The notes under the pieces: model-generated
Databases searched by the model: none
What the model was told of the DNA's origin: nothing
Seen by the model: the letters and a program-made list of their open reading frames with translations, nothing else
Origin: Lingula anatina
Lineage: Eukaryota; Animalia; Brachiopoda
Assembly: GCA_051362555.1 (NCBI GenBank)
Contig: CM120641.1
Location: forward strand, 43,778,401-43,842,400
Length of the DNA stretch: 64,000 bases
Reading direction: 5' to 3'
Program-made: the position numbers and the translations under genes
In this document: one piece after another, positions 37,010 to 50,241 of the stretch
Position numbering within the stretch: the first letter of the stretch is position 1
Layout of the letters: every line of letters starts with the position of its first letter

Positions 37010-40000
37010 CATTTTTATGTACAGACACAGATGTGTCTGTACATATTGCCATCACCTGCGTCTGTCGTCGCCGATGCCGATGGCGATGCCGATGCCGATG
37101 CCGATGCCGTGCACTTTCCTTGTAAACACGATAAGTGGAGGGCAGTTTTACTTTTTCGATTAATATTTACAGAGCTGGTGAATATTCATAAAACGCAGGT
37201 CAAGTTCGAAAATCAGCATGATCGGGCCATTATTGTAGAAGTTATGCTGTTTTTTCACTTTTCAGCAAATTTTTCACATTTCCTCAGATTCAATTCTTAG
37301 GCATGTTAACAGTCTCATTATTAAACTAATAAGATACGTAAAAGTTTTTGTTTGACATTTCCTGCATCTTTACAACATTGTTAGTTGATTTTGTAAAAAT
37401 GATGGTAAACTTGTTATCGTGTATTGTGTAATAAAGTTTCAAAAATGGAAATAAACTCATATCATTGCACTTTGTCAGATTCAATCATTCACTATGTTCT
37501 GAATCTCAGAATGGAAGAAATTGGACATTTAACACTGCTTTATTGATATTTTTCCCATCTCATCAATTGTCTTAGTTGATCATATAAAAATGGCAGTAAA
37601 CTGTTAATTTTGTTTTATGTTAAAAATTGTTAAAAATGGGGAAAAAACATTTCAGAACAGTGCTGTCTTGTTTCCATTTGGCATTTTCAAGTTGTGACTT
37701 TGAAGTTCTATGGGCCTGAAGACCTTTGCTAGTCACATTTTCTGAATATCCATGATACTAATATTTTATTATTAAAAATTGATGGTCATTATGCTGTTAA
37801 ACATTATGTAATATTGCATCAAAATTTGAAAAAAACCTATTTTGGGCACTGCTCCCATGATGACCATTTAAGAAAAACCATGTCACTTACTGTTCTCAAA
37901 CAGTACAGTAAATATATATATATAGATGTGTCTGTACATATTGCCATCACCTGCGTCTGTCGTCGCCGTCACCGCCGTCACCGGCGCCTTGCACTTTCAT
38001 TGTAAACACGATAAGTGGAAGACAGTTTTACTTTTTGGCTTTATATTTACAGAGCTGATGAATATTCATAAAACGCAGGTCAAGTTCGAAAATCAGCATG
38101 ATCGGGCCATTATTGTAGAAGTTATGCTTTTTTATGTACAGACACAGATGTGTCTGTACATATTGCCATCACCTGCGTCTGTCGTCGCCGTCGCCGTCGC
38201 CGATGCCGGCGCCGATGCCGGCGCCGTGCACTTTCCTTGTAAACACGATAAGTGGAGGGCAGTTTTACTTTTTGGCTTAATATTTACAGAGCTGATGAAT
38301 ATTCATAAAACGCAGGTCAAGTTCGAAAACCAGCATGATCGGGCCATTATTGTAGAAGTTATGCTGTTTTTTCACTTTTCAGCATATATGCAACCCTGTA
38401 AACACATTTTAAGGAAAACCGTTAGGCCTGTTGTCATGAAACTCACAGGAGTAATTAATCTTACTAAAACGCAGGTCGAGTTCGAAAATCGGCATGATCG
38501 GGCCACTATTTTAGTAGTTATACTGTTTTTTTCATTTTTCAGCATATATACAACACTGTAAACACAATATTAGAAAAACAGATAGGCCAATTGTCATTTA
38601 ACTCACAGGAGTGGTCAATCTTACTAAAACACAGGTTGAGTTCGAAAATCAGCATAATCGGGCCATTATTTTAGAAGTTATGCTGTTTTTTCAAATTTCC
38701 TCAGATTCAACTGTTAGGCATGTTAACAGTCTCATTAATGAACTAATAAGATACGTAAAAGTGTTTGTTTGACATTTCCTGCATCTTTACAACATTGTTA
38801 GTTGATTATGTAAAAATGATGGTAAACTTGTTATCGTGTATTATGTAATAAAGTTTCCAAAATGGAAATAAACTCATATCATTGCAGTTTGTCAGATTCA
38901 ATCATTCACTATGTTCAGAAACTCAGAATGGAGGAAATTGGACATTTAACACTGTTGTATTGATATTTTTCCCATCTCATCAATTTTCTTAGTTGATCAT
39001 ATAAAAATGGCAGTAAACTGTTAATTTTGTTTTATGTTAAAAAAAGTGTTAAAAATGGAAAAAAAACATTTCAGAACAGTGCTGTCTTGTTTACATTCTG
39101 GCATTTTCAAGTTGTGACTTGGAAGTTCCATGGGCCTGAAGACCTTTGCTAGTCACATTTTCTGAATATCCATGATACTAATATTTTATTATTAAAAATT
39201 GATGGTCATTATGCTGTTAAACATTATGTAATATTGCATCAAAATTTGAAAAAAAACTATTTTGGGCACTGCTCCCATGATGACCATTTAAGAAAAACCA
39301 TGTCACTTACTGTTCTCAAACAGTACAGTAAATATGTACAGATGTGTCTGTACATATTGCCATCACCTGCGTCTGTCGTCGCCGTCGCCGGTGCTGACAC
39401 CGTGCACTTTCATTGTAAACATGATAAGTGGAAGGCAGTTTTACTTTTTGGCTGTATATTTACAGAGCTGATGAATATTCATAAAACGCAGGTCAAGTTA
39501 AAAAATCAGCATGATCGGGCCATTATTGTAGAAGTTTTGCTGTTTTTTCACTTTTCAGCATATATGCAACACTGTAAACACATTTTAAGGAAAACCGATA
39601 GGCCTGTTGTCATGAAAATCACAGGAGTAATTGATCTTACTATAACACAGGTCAAGTTCGAAAATCGGCATGTTCCACGGGCTTGAAGACCCATGCTAGT
39701 CACATTTTCTGAAAATCCATGATACGTGTATTTTATTATTAAAAATTAACGGTCATTTTGCTGTTAACCATTATGTAATATTGCATCAGAATAGAAGAAA
39801 ACACAATTTTGGGTGCTGCTGCCAAGATGACCATTATGGGAAAACCATGTTACTTATGATTGTCAAACTTTCAAAAAAGAAATACAGGACTAAAATGCAG
39901 AGTAATTGATCTTACTAAAACGCAGGTCAAGTTCAAAAATCGGCATGATCGGGCCACTATTTTAGTAGTTATGCTGTTTTTTTCATTTTTCAGCATATAT

Positions 40001-40160
40001 ACAACACTGTAAACACAATATAAGAAAAACAGATAGGCCAATTGTCATTTAACTCACAGGAGTGGTCAATCTTACTAAAACACAGGTTGAGTTCAAAAAT
40101 CAGCATAATAGGGCCATTATTTTAAAGAAATGCCGTTTTTATGTACAGACACAGATGTAA
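37010..40160 (+). repeat. Composite array of non-autonomous Helentron (HINE/DINE-like) modules with ~155-160 bp internal tandem units and a ~1.42 kb higher-order duplication
   Basis: Head TTTTTATGTACAGACACAGATGTGTCTGTACA (hairpin) + (GCCGAT/GCCGTC)n microsatellite at ~37011, 37922, 38128 and 39335, with a head remnant at 40136. Recurrent unit AAAACGCAGGTCAAGTTCGAAAATCAGCATGATCGGGCCATTATT. 37270-37990 recurs at ~38695-39400. Confidence 0.8.
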
Positions 40161-43100
40161 TTTTACCTGTTGAGCATAATTAAAATTTGATGTTGAATTT
40201 GCAGTTTAACAAAATGTACTTTTGCATCAGAATTGACAGTAGCCTTTTTTGTTATTTCCTGCTTTTTGTCTGTACATTTGACAGCTTTGCTGCCTTGTGT
40301 TAATTTACTACCACATCAGTAGCATGTTGCTTCATAACTATAGCACATGTATTATGCATTTTTTTATTATATATAAAACACCAGTAAGATGTTAACCATT
40401 AAAATGTGTATCACATGAAAATCTGTTTACATTGTGAAGCACGTTCCTGTACTACTAGTTGTTCTGTCTTGCACATACATGTATATAGTATTAAATACAA
40501 CACAATGCATTCCAATGTATTATGATACATCAAATCTGTATTTGTGTCTATGAAGGTTATTAAACACTCAGCAAAGATACTGTTCACACTTTTTCTACTC
40601 CTCTGGACTAGAAATATATTAAAACGTGTATTTCCAAAAAACAGGTATATATATATATCCATTGACTAAAATGAGACATGTACATAACCATTTGCCACCC
40701 ATCCAATACAAAAAAGTATTCCTTTCTTTATTTTACTATCATTATCATGCTAAAATATAGAAAAATTACTTAGTATATATTCAAGCCAGTCACTGTAGTT
40801 TTTCATCTTACCTGTGTCATATAGAAACTGAAAGTGCATTTTTGTGAGAGTGTCCTATAGAATTATCTTAATTATATGGGACTATTATTTCTCTATGCTC
40901 CAACCAAACATTGTTTTATTCTATATGAGTGCAATACAACCTAGTTTACTGTACTGGTATAGTGCAATAGAGAATGATATTTTTCAAGTCTTTTCAGTTT
41001 GGATGGATTTGTCCTTTCAGAACAAACATTAGAGCAGTTCCTAAGAGATTTTTTAGTTGGGGTTTTCAGTCCGTGAGCTAAATTGTCTGAAAATTTCTTA
41101 ATTCTATTTGCTCTGTGTTATTCAATGTACTGTATGTGAAAATTGTGTATTCTTATAGAATTTTGTTGACTAGGGAGTGTCCTGTCTGTGTTTGCTATTG
41201 GAAGGTGTACCTATGTATTATTTATTACAAGTTATGGAGCAATTATTTTGAAAATTGTTTAAATCTACCTCACCTCACATTGTAGATGCTGTCATTTATG
41301 CAGTTACACTGTACATGTGTTGCACATTGATTTGCACTGTATTATGTATAACATTAAACTCTCTCTGGTCATCCTGATTCAGATTTTGCTCATAGTTGCA
41401 ACTTTTTAATAGCAACACTTATCAGTTTATTTCAGCAGAAAAGGGTGTGCCATAGTTCGTTTCTGTTCATTTTGTTGACATACTGTATTGTTAATTATCC
41501 TGTAGATGCTAATTTACTGTTATACTTTTTATGTTATTGAATTTATATAAAATATAAAGTTGCTATTATTCAGTTGGAAACATGCAGGTGCCGTGTGCAA
41601 TACATATTTATATATTAAGTGTGGAGATAATTGAGAAATCTGTCTAAAGTCACCTGTCTGCACACTGACTATACAGATGTACTAGTTCTTGTTTTGAAAT
41701 TCTCAAAGTTTGAAATAATTCCGATTTATCTATTTTTTAAATTGTTTGCACATTTTTGTATAATTTTGTTTATTTTGAAAAGATATATTTATGGAAAAAT
41801 AGAAAAAAGTGCAATACATGTATATGTTGATGAAAGGGGACATGGTGTTTTGTATTGTAGTTTTTGTAGAAGAAAAATAAAGGAATTGAATTTGAAAATT
41901 TTCGTTTAAGGACAAGTTTTTCAAATTATCGTTGCATATGCTGGTGTATTGTAAAGAGCTAAGCGCGAATTTATTTTTAACTCGAACTTAAGGAGTTGAG
42001 AAAAAATTAAAGATTCCCAATATACTGAATCTCCTTCCGCCGCTTCCTTTATTTTTCATTATCTCATAAAATTCTTCATTTTCCGTAGTCGCAGACGCCC
42101 CTTGTTTTGAAACCATGGGTATTATATGGGCGTCTCTTCGAGGTGGGTGTCAAAATGAACATTAACATTTAATAACGAAATTGAGATGAAAATGTTATCG
42201 TTTCACCTTCGGTATCTTGCTGTCTCTTGCATTGTTCTTGGATTTTGGACGGGATTAGGGCAGCCCGAGATTAGGAGTTTTCAAGAAAATGAGCGTCACG
42301 CGCGACGTCAAAGAAGACAGTGAAATGATGGATATGTTTTCCCACAAGCTAATCAGACGTGCTGAGTGTTTGTGCAAACATGCGCGGACTCAAGTTTGTT
42401 GAGTGGACAGTTTGTGAGACGAGCTAATTATCATTCTTCGCTACCACCAGACCACCAGGCCTCTTTTGGGTGTTGAGTGCAGAAGTCACAGATATATGTG
42501 ATAGGATTCACAATGAGATTTCTGTTCGGTGAGGGAACCAGTAAATCGTGACTTTGGAGGTTAAAAAATAATTCATGAAACTTTACCCTCCGTTTTGGAC
42601 AAACTAACAAAAGCGTTGTCCCTTCATCAGACTGATCAAACGTATTAATCTGCAATGCCTATATTGATAATGTTTTGTTTAGGCTGTCCCAGTCAGAGCA
42701 ATAGTCCATAATTGAGTGTTCTGCAAACTTGGAAATAGAACAAAATCTGTTTGTATTATATCGTTTCTCTTTCCCCGACTGGTACTAAGAAGATCATGAG
42801 ATCGTAATATCAACTGTAGGGGCAGTAATATGAATACTTGTTGACACCTCCTAAAACACCAAGCTATCGGATTCGTTTTTCATAACCCAGGGTTCTAGTA
42901 GAGCTAAATTTGACTCACCGTCTATTCTATAAATTACCCTATATTAATATACATTATCCTATAATAATACACATTTTGCCTTATTTCAAGTGTGTGCACA
43001 GTATAAAGCACACAGACCTTCAAAAACTTCTGATTTTCAGTGGACTCCTGTATTAAACCTTGACCAACGCCTACAATGTAGACCTTAAAGTCATTTTCTT

Positions 43101-43978
43101 ATGTAAAAATTAAGCTCGAAGCGAGATTCTGATAAATTTTGAGCTTGCTTGGAGACCAAGATAATGAAGTCAAAACTGGCAAGCCGTTATTTTTCTAATG
43201 GTAAGTGGTTTCTTTTGCATATCAACCTGAGTGGAACCTAAACAAGGGAAGTTTTAACATCGCCATGGGTTCGTGAATTTGATATAGTGGATACCGCAAT
43301 TTTGATTTCAATTAAAGGCAACGGTTTCTGAATCTTAAAATTAAGAATTAATTGTAAAATGACAAATAAGTAAATGTCTTATGGTGCTTTGCACCCAGGG
43401 CACTTGGGGGAATATTTATATGAATTTATGAAGACCTAGATATGCAGATGCAAAGTGGCTATTTTCATAGCAAGTAAATATTCAGGGCTTATCTCTGGCG
43501 TTGCATCCTAATTGCCTTATCAGCGAGCAAATCCTTCTATTTTTTCTCATCTTACTATCCAAGTGCTAGCTCAAACAAAGTATATTTGAAAAAAATTAGC
43601 TGTGAAGATTTCACCTCAGCATTTCCAAATCTCTTCCAGATCCGTCACGTAGACACAAAACATGTTTATAATTAAATCAAAATCTGCTGTAAACCCTAGA
43701 CTAACTCAGCAATCGATAAATTCTACTGATAAGGCTGATTTATACCTCCAATAACGGCGCTGATATTATAAAACAAAACTCGAGAGAATATCATTATTAC
43801 TGCGAGACTTGTTCAACACAAGTGGGATTTTATTTTCTCTTCTTGGAGATATGTTGAGCACTTTTAACACAGTTTTGTAGCTCGGATAAAAGAAAGGAAG
43901 CGCGTTTATTAGGCCTAAAGGTTAGAAGTTCTAAGTTCTCAAAAAGCCATAGTCTGACTATGACGTACATTTTTCTCA

Positions 43979-45016
43979 ATGATATTTTATAAAAAGAGGT
44001 CTGATAACGTTCTGTTTTCTTCTATGGGCATAACGAAGATTACCATGCAGCAGACACAACAGCCACCTGCTGACGAAGGAACACTATTCGTACGGAGACC
44101 AAAAACTAAAGGAGGCAAGCCAGCCATATTGTCTCAAAAGAAATTAATATGCAGGAAACATAGATGCCGTAAAAACGACACATCATTGGACAGGAACCTA
44201 TTTTTAGAAAAGGATAACGTTGAATCAATGCAGAGCAACCAGAAGGAAGCAGGTGCTGCTCATTCCAAAAACGGAGAAGCAAAAAGCCTCGATGAAACGT
44301 TTACCTCTGTAGAAGATAATTTGACCAATGGGCAGTCTATGGATGATAAACGTGCCAATATTGCTTATATCAAAGACAATCTTGATAACGTCCCATGTTC
44401 CATCGATCAGGCTGTTAGAGCTAGATCACACAATTCACAGCCGACTACTAGAAAGCTTGATAGAGGAGATAGTCTCGAATATACCTCTGACGAAGAATCG
44501 GACATATCTAGTGATATTTTTGATGATATTTCAGGTAGGCAAACCAAGGAGTTATAACTCCTTGGGCAAACTACCAAGGTGATTTGAATCCTCTTTAAAC
44601 GGTAATTTAAAATAGAACAGTGTTTATTTATTTATTTATTTTTATTATTTAAAAAACGCTTTAGTCATATGGGGAATGATGTGGTGCATAGTAAGATGAT
44701 GCTAAGATAAAGCCACGTAAATGAAAAAAAAACTTTAATTTCACAGATAAAAGTGATCTTACATAATCACTTCATTTAGCGTACGATTCTCCACTTCCTT
44801 CGCATCTCTCCAACACGCCGCTGGCGGGAGAGACCCTAAACCAAAGAACGTACCTAGCGGCATGTCAGCGTGAGCAGGTAACCCCGTCCACCCTCGTGTA
44901 CCGCCGCCTGACAACAACCACCCTCGACCTCAGCCACCATCCTTTGGGACCTCAGGGAGCCAAGGCCCTGGCCATTGCCTTAGTAGTGAGTACCCTCAGG
45001 AACGGTTCAGAACGAA

Positions 45017-45063
<47 letters not shown>

Positions 45064-48000
45064 CTGTCCAGCGTTCGATGAACTATTCAACTTTCAGGTC
45101 TATTCTTAGATGTTCTCTAAAAACCGTGGTATGATTATTTTTCATTGGTAAAATACAAAATTAATTTTAAAAAACGTTGTTACTCATCTATTCTTCATAT
45201 TTATTACATTTTTGTTAATTATTTGATCATAACTTTCATTACGTTAAATATAACCATGCCCATTGTTTTTCGCTCACGTTAGAATAATATTCACGTAACG
45301 GACCTCCGGCTCCGAGACGTAGGACTTGGACGTATTGGTGCGTTGTACATAACTGAGATGCTGCAGGAAAACTTATTTATCACTTCTCTGGTACGTACAG
45401 TGTATGTTGTTTTAGCAAATAATGAGGTTCTTAACCAAGCATTTATCGTGTCCAAGCGCTTACGCGTGTCTGTATCACTTGGATAACCCGAAGGTTCCAG
45501 TGTTTTTACGTCCTTTTTTATGTGTCTGTTAAATTGACGAGTGTGTGAGTGCGTGCTTGTCCGTGTGTGTGTGTGTGCGTGCGTGCTTACGTGTGTGTAC
45601 TAGTTCTATATTCATGCAACTGGCTGCTTGTAGTAACCGGTGTGAATGTTTAAAGGTCAAAAATGTATATTACTAATACTGGAACCTATATAAATTCTAT
45701 TCTGTTTGTAACTCCTATTTAAAAGACAAAACGAAACCACATTTTCGGTTTCAGCAAATCTGATTTAAATTGTTTTTTATCATTCGCCAATCTTATATTT
45801 TAATCTATCTACATGTAGTAAATGTCAACCTTATTCATATATTATGGAATTCGCTATAAAAGAAACCATTTATCACTACCTTTGTTATAAAAGAATTTTT
45901 GTACTAGAAATCTGTGCCTATAAAAATTTTGCCTGATGGATATCCTTTCTGTACACAGAATCTCGCTGAAAATGATATTGGTTCTGAGGCGACTGACGCC
46001 CTGTGCAATGTACTTCAAAATAACAAGTTAATAAGGACGCTTGATCTCTCAGGTATGTTGAAAACGAATCTTTGGGGTTTTCTCCGAATTTGACTTTAGA
46101 ATTACTTTCTCAGGCGCTCGGTTTCAGTCTTTGCGTAAATTTATGAACATTAAAAAGGAGCGGTTTGTTGCCTACCCAGTTGCATATAATTTATAACTGT
46201 TGGAGTGCTATTTCAGTTTTTTCAAACTCTCAAGTCTCAAACGTAATGCTGAAATACTGTCGGGACTCTTCAAAAGAAAATATTAATAGATAATAAGACG
46301 AATAATTGCCATTATTTTTATTTGTCTGCTTCATTAGATGTAAAATTATTCCAGGGAATTTTCTAACAGACGTCAGTGCAGAGCGCCTTTGCGTTATGTT
46401 ACACACGAACGAGACGGTGCGAGACCTGCGTGTAAGGCGTAACTGTTTCTGTGAGAAAGGCGGCATTGCGTTTGGTAAAGTTTTAGGTAATAATCACTAC
46501 ATTTTGTCATATGGGATGTCATGTGAAAGCATTTTTTATACAAGTTATACTGCTTCTTTTCGTTATGAGTTCTATCTCACTCAATGTCCATGTATTTTAC
46601 GTATTTTGCGAGTTCGTTTATTCGCCCAACTTATTCCACATCTCTCACTGTTATTAATACCGCAATGTTAATTTTTTTGGTCTATTTTTAAATAAAGTAA
46701 AAACTCTATCCGTTCTCTCTTAGGCCTGCTTTACGCTGATCATGAGTATCTCGCTTAGGACTCAAGAACAGCTATAGCACTATGCCATTGATAGCTTCTG
46801 TTAGCAGTCTTCATAACTACCACAATGAGATGAAATCATTTTCTTCTTTTTTCAGTGGACAATGCGAGTCTTGTATGTCTAGATCTCAGTTGGAATCATA
46901 TCAGAAGAAAGGGCGCGATAGCAATCTGCAAAGGTATACAGGTAAATCATTGAACTTAAATTATGTTTTTAAACCCTGAGTAAATTCTTTTCCTTGATTT
47001 TGATTGTGTGTCGTTATTTATGTCACAGTGTTGACAGTAGTTGTTATGTCATACCTTCATGGCAATAAGTTTGAAAGTGAGAGCTATTTTCAGTTGATTT
47101 AATTATTATTTATTATTACACAATCTGGCAACCCATGGGGAGTTTGATGAATGTATAATGACACAGTCAGATAAAATTATAATTGATAAAAATAAGAATA
47201 TTGATAGCTGTAAAACAAAAACGAGATAAAATTCCATTTATTGATTGAAACCAGTTAAACAACCAAACTAATATGCTGCACTTGTTATATAATCAGCCAT
47301 TGAGCGTGAAGTTCAGATTTTCCGTCTTTTGAATGTCTCAGCTATCCGTAGTGTACATTTAACATTTTCTCTTGTGCAGTCTAGTGCACTTTATGTGGGT
47401 TCTTTCTCTCCTAAAATTCCAGATATAGCCAAGAAACTGAATGACTTCATTGGACAAAATATAGTAGAATTATTCTATCTCTCCTGTAGGCAAATTAGAA
47501 TATGCACAGCAATATTTAGGTAAAGTTTACTCTGATAGAGTAAGACCAGCGTAGGCCTACTGGTATATATGCCCGCTGCTTTAGAAATCATAAAAATACA
47601 TTTGAAAATTAAGATAAGAATTTGCGTAAACCCTGAAAAATATGTCTTCGTGCCGTTTACAGGGGAACTCCACCCTTCAAAAGCTGAATCTGGCGTGGAA
47701 CGGTCTAGAGTTAGACGGGTGCCGCGCCCTGGCCTTGTCTCTCTGCCAGAACGCCGCCCTGCTCGAGCTGGACATCCGGGCCAACAGAATCTCACTGGAG
47801 GCGCTCAGGGGCCTGCTGAAAGGAATCGCGAAGAACGAGACGCTCAAGGTTTTGAAAGTAGGTCTATAATTTCCATTTCCTACACTCCTTTTACTCGAAA
47901 CTATCCTTCAACATGGGCACGTTAAATGTGGAGGTTGGTTTCAAGTAATCTCTGAAACTCAGGGTGACTGCTTAACAGAATTGACAAAGATTTTACCTAT

Positions 48001-48332
48001 GGACATTGAATCACTTTTAAATTAAGTTTTACGTAATTAAATAACAATGCAAAGCGGATTGTTGAAACAGTTGTTTTAAAAATAATCCAGGATAGGTGAA
48101 TATTATAAAGAGAGGAATATTTTTCAGATTGGTGTGAACCCGCTGACAACAGATGGAGCCACTGAGATATTGCGGGAACTGATGAGAGTGGGCACGAGTG
48201 GACTACGTCACCTTGATCTCACGGTAACAAAACACAACCACAACAGCAATTTTGACAATGATTATACCGGTATTTACATTCTCATGTTGTAGAAGTCATT
48301 TTCCCGAAGGACTGTGTGAGTGTGCATGTTTG

Positions 48333-48373
<41 letters not shown>

Positions 48374-49410
48374 TCGACTTTTCAAAAAAGAGTGGGGTTG
48401 AAAATAGATTGGGATATTTAGTTTCTTTGTGAATTTTGTACACTCTCAGTTTCTAAGAGGCCAAAATTACAGTTTGTATATCCTTAATAAACGAAAGTAA
48501 AATTTCAGAACTTAAGGGTCAATATACGATACGTTGTAATTGACTACGTCAAAATTCTACATTAATTTTTCACAACAAACGTATATACAACAAATGCTGA
48601 TTATTTTAGAAATCTTTCACTCAGAAAACATTTCTTGTGTGTTATTTTTCGTAAGTCAGGTTCTGAGTTTTCCTCTTCTTACAGGATGTCTCTGTGGACG
48701 AAGAATTCGTTCTTCTGCTGCAGGAATTGCGAAACATTCGACCGCTTCATATCCAACATGGCGTCATGTTACGTCACGACGCGCTGGAGAAAGTCGAGGT
48801 GGATGACGTCGTTGACAGTGAGAATCCTGTCAGCATTCTCTTTGAGTACATGCGACAGGAAAATATGAGATTAATCGATTTGTTTCATGTCTTTGACAGA
48901 ACAAACAGTGATAATATCACCAGAGCGGAGTTCAGGGATGGATTCACGGTGAGGGTTTAGTGCTTGTAACTATTTAAAAAAAAAACAGATAAAGATCGTG
49001 TACTAGCTGCCTTTCCCCCTTTTCCTCTATTCTGAGCACACGCACACGCACGTATACACACGCATGCACACACGCGGGCACACACAATGACACACATATT
49101 ACAGCAACAACATTACACGCACACAAGTCTGTACATATTAGAAAATAAATTCAAGGTAGACTGAATCTATGAAGTATAGAAAAGTACAGGAGTGACCAAC
49201 TGCCTTCTTGGTTGATAATTAAGACGGCATCAGCTTTGAATTAAAAAAAATAGAAATGTCAGTTTACTAAAGCAAATGCTCCCGCAAAGAGACGCTCTGA
49301 ATGTTAGTGAACCAAAAACGCCTGACCCCGCAATAACCCCTAAACAAACCAGAGCACTCTTTGCCCATCCAGTTAATTTAAATACGCAAATTAAATTACT
49401 GCTTCTTTTT

Positions 49411-49455
<45 letters not shown>

Positions 49456-50241
49456 TTGTATTTAAGAATTATTATTCGCATTAAATCTATTGCTAATTTG
49501 AATGGCTTTTTTTCAGAACATTAACATAACACTAAGTAGCCGAGCACTTGACGTGATGATGAAGCAACTTGATAAGAACGGGGATGGTGTTGTGAGTTTT
49601 GAGTACGTATTAAAGCATCTTCTAATACACCGACACGTATCCAGCCTGTGTCTCTTTATATCAAGTTACGAATAAAAATCTAGTCTTGCATGCCAGAGGA
49701 ACTTCCTACACCTATTTCTCATCACTGCAAATTTTAATGCCCATTTTGATTTCTTTATCTCTGTCCATCATTTATTTATTTATTTATTTTGTCTGTGGTC
49801 TATAATAATTTTAAAGATACTTTTGAAAGCACTTAAAACATTTTGAATTCATTTTACGTCATTTTATGACAAAAACGTGGATAATGAATTAATTTAACAT
49901 TAGAGCTTCCTTGTTAACAAAATTTTTAATAGGCCTACTTTTTCAGAGAATTCATGCGAGCTCATCGTGATTATAGTCGGAAGTTACGGAGAATTCAACA
50001 AAGATCTCGGACTCCGGAGAGCGCAGCGGATCAACCCCCGGATCAAATTACGCTACTGCGGGAAAAAATCAAGCGCTTGACTGCAAGGAAAGGGTCGATT
50101 GGCGGTCGTGGCAATGACGAGGGACAAAAGGCTCTACCTGGGGGACGCAGTTTTAAACTGCGGCAAAAAATACAAGAGATAGTTGCAAAGAGAGGGTCGT
50201 TGACAGCTGTCAGTAGTAACAGCAGCACCCAAGCACAGTAA
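43979..50241 (+). CDS. LRRC74: LRRC74-like leucine-rich repeat protein with C-terminal EF-hand pair, 11 coding exons (start codon uncertain: 43979/44024/44046)
   Basis: Exons ~43979-44534, 44780-44985, 45283-45390, 45959-46052, 46355-46486, 46856-46941, 47663-47857, 48128-48223, 48685-48948, 49517-49602, 49947-50241. TYLAACQREQVTP..LDLSHHPLGPQGAKALAIALV, LDLSWNHIRRKGA, LNLAWNGL, MRLIDLFHVFDRTNSDNITRAEF, LDKNGDGVVSFEEF. Confidence 0.85.
45018..45063. repeat. (TAT)n microsatellite
   Basis: Direct reading. Confidence 0.95.
48341..48370. repeat. (GA)n microsatellite
   Basis: Direct reading. Confidence 0.95.
49415..49450. repeat. (CT)n microsatellite
   Basis: Direct reading. Confidence 0.95.

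Noticed and set aside
37926-39686. ORFs of 211 aa and 150 aa with repeated peptide blocks
   Set aside because: They are translations of the HINE/satellite repeat units; no domain motifs or splice structure.
37010-40160. Possible CRISPR-like array (recurrent ~45-bp conserved motif)
   Set aside because: The intervening sequences are themselves repeated rather than unique spacers, there are no cas genes, and the context is eukaryotic.
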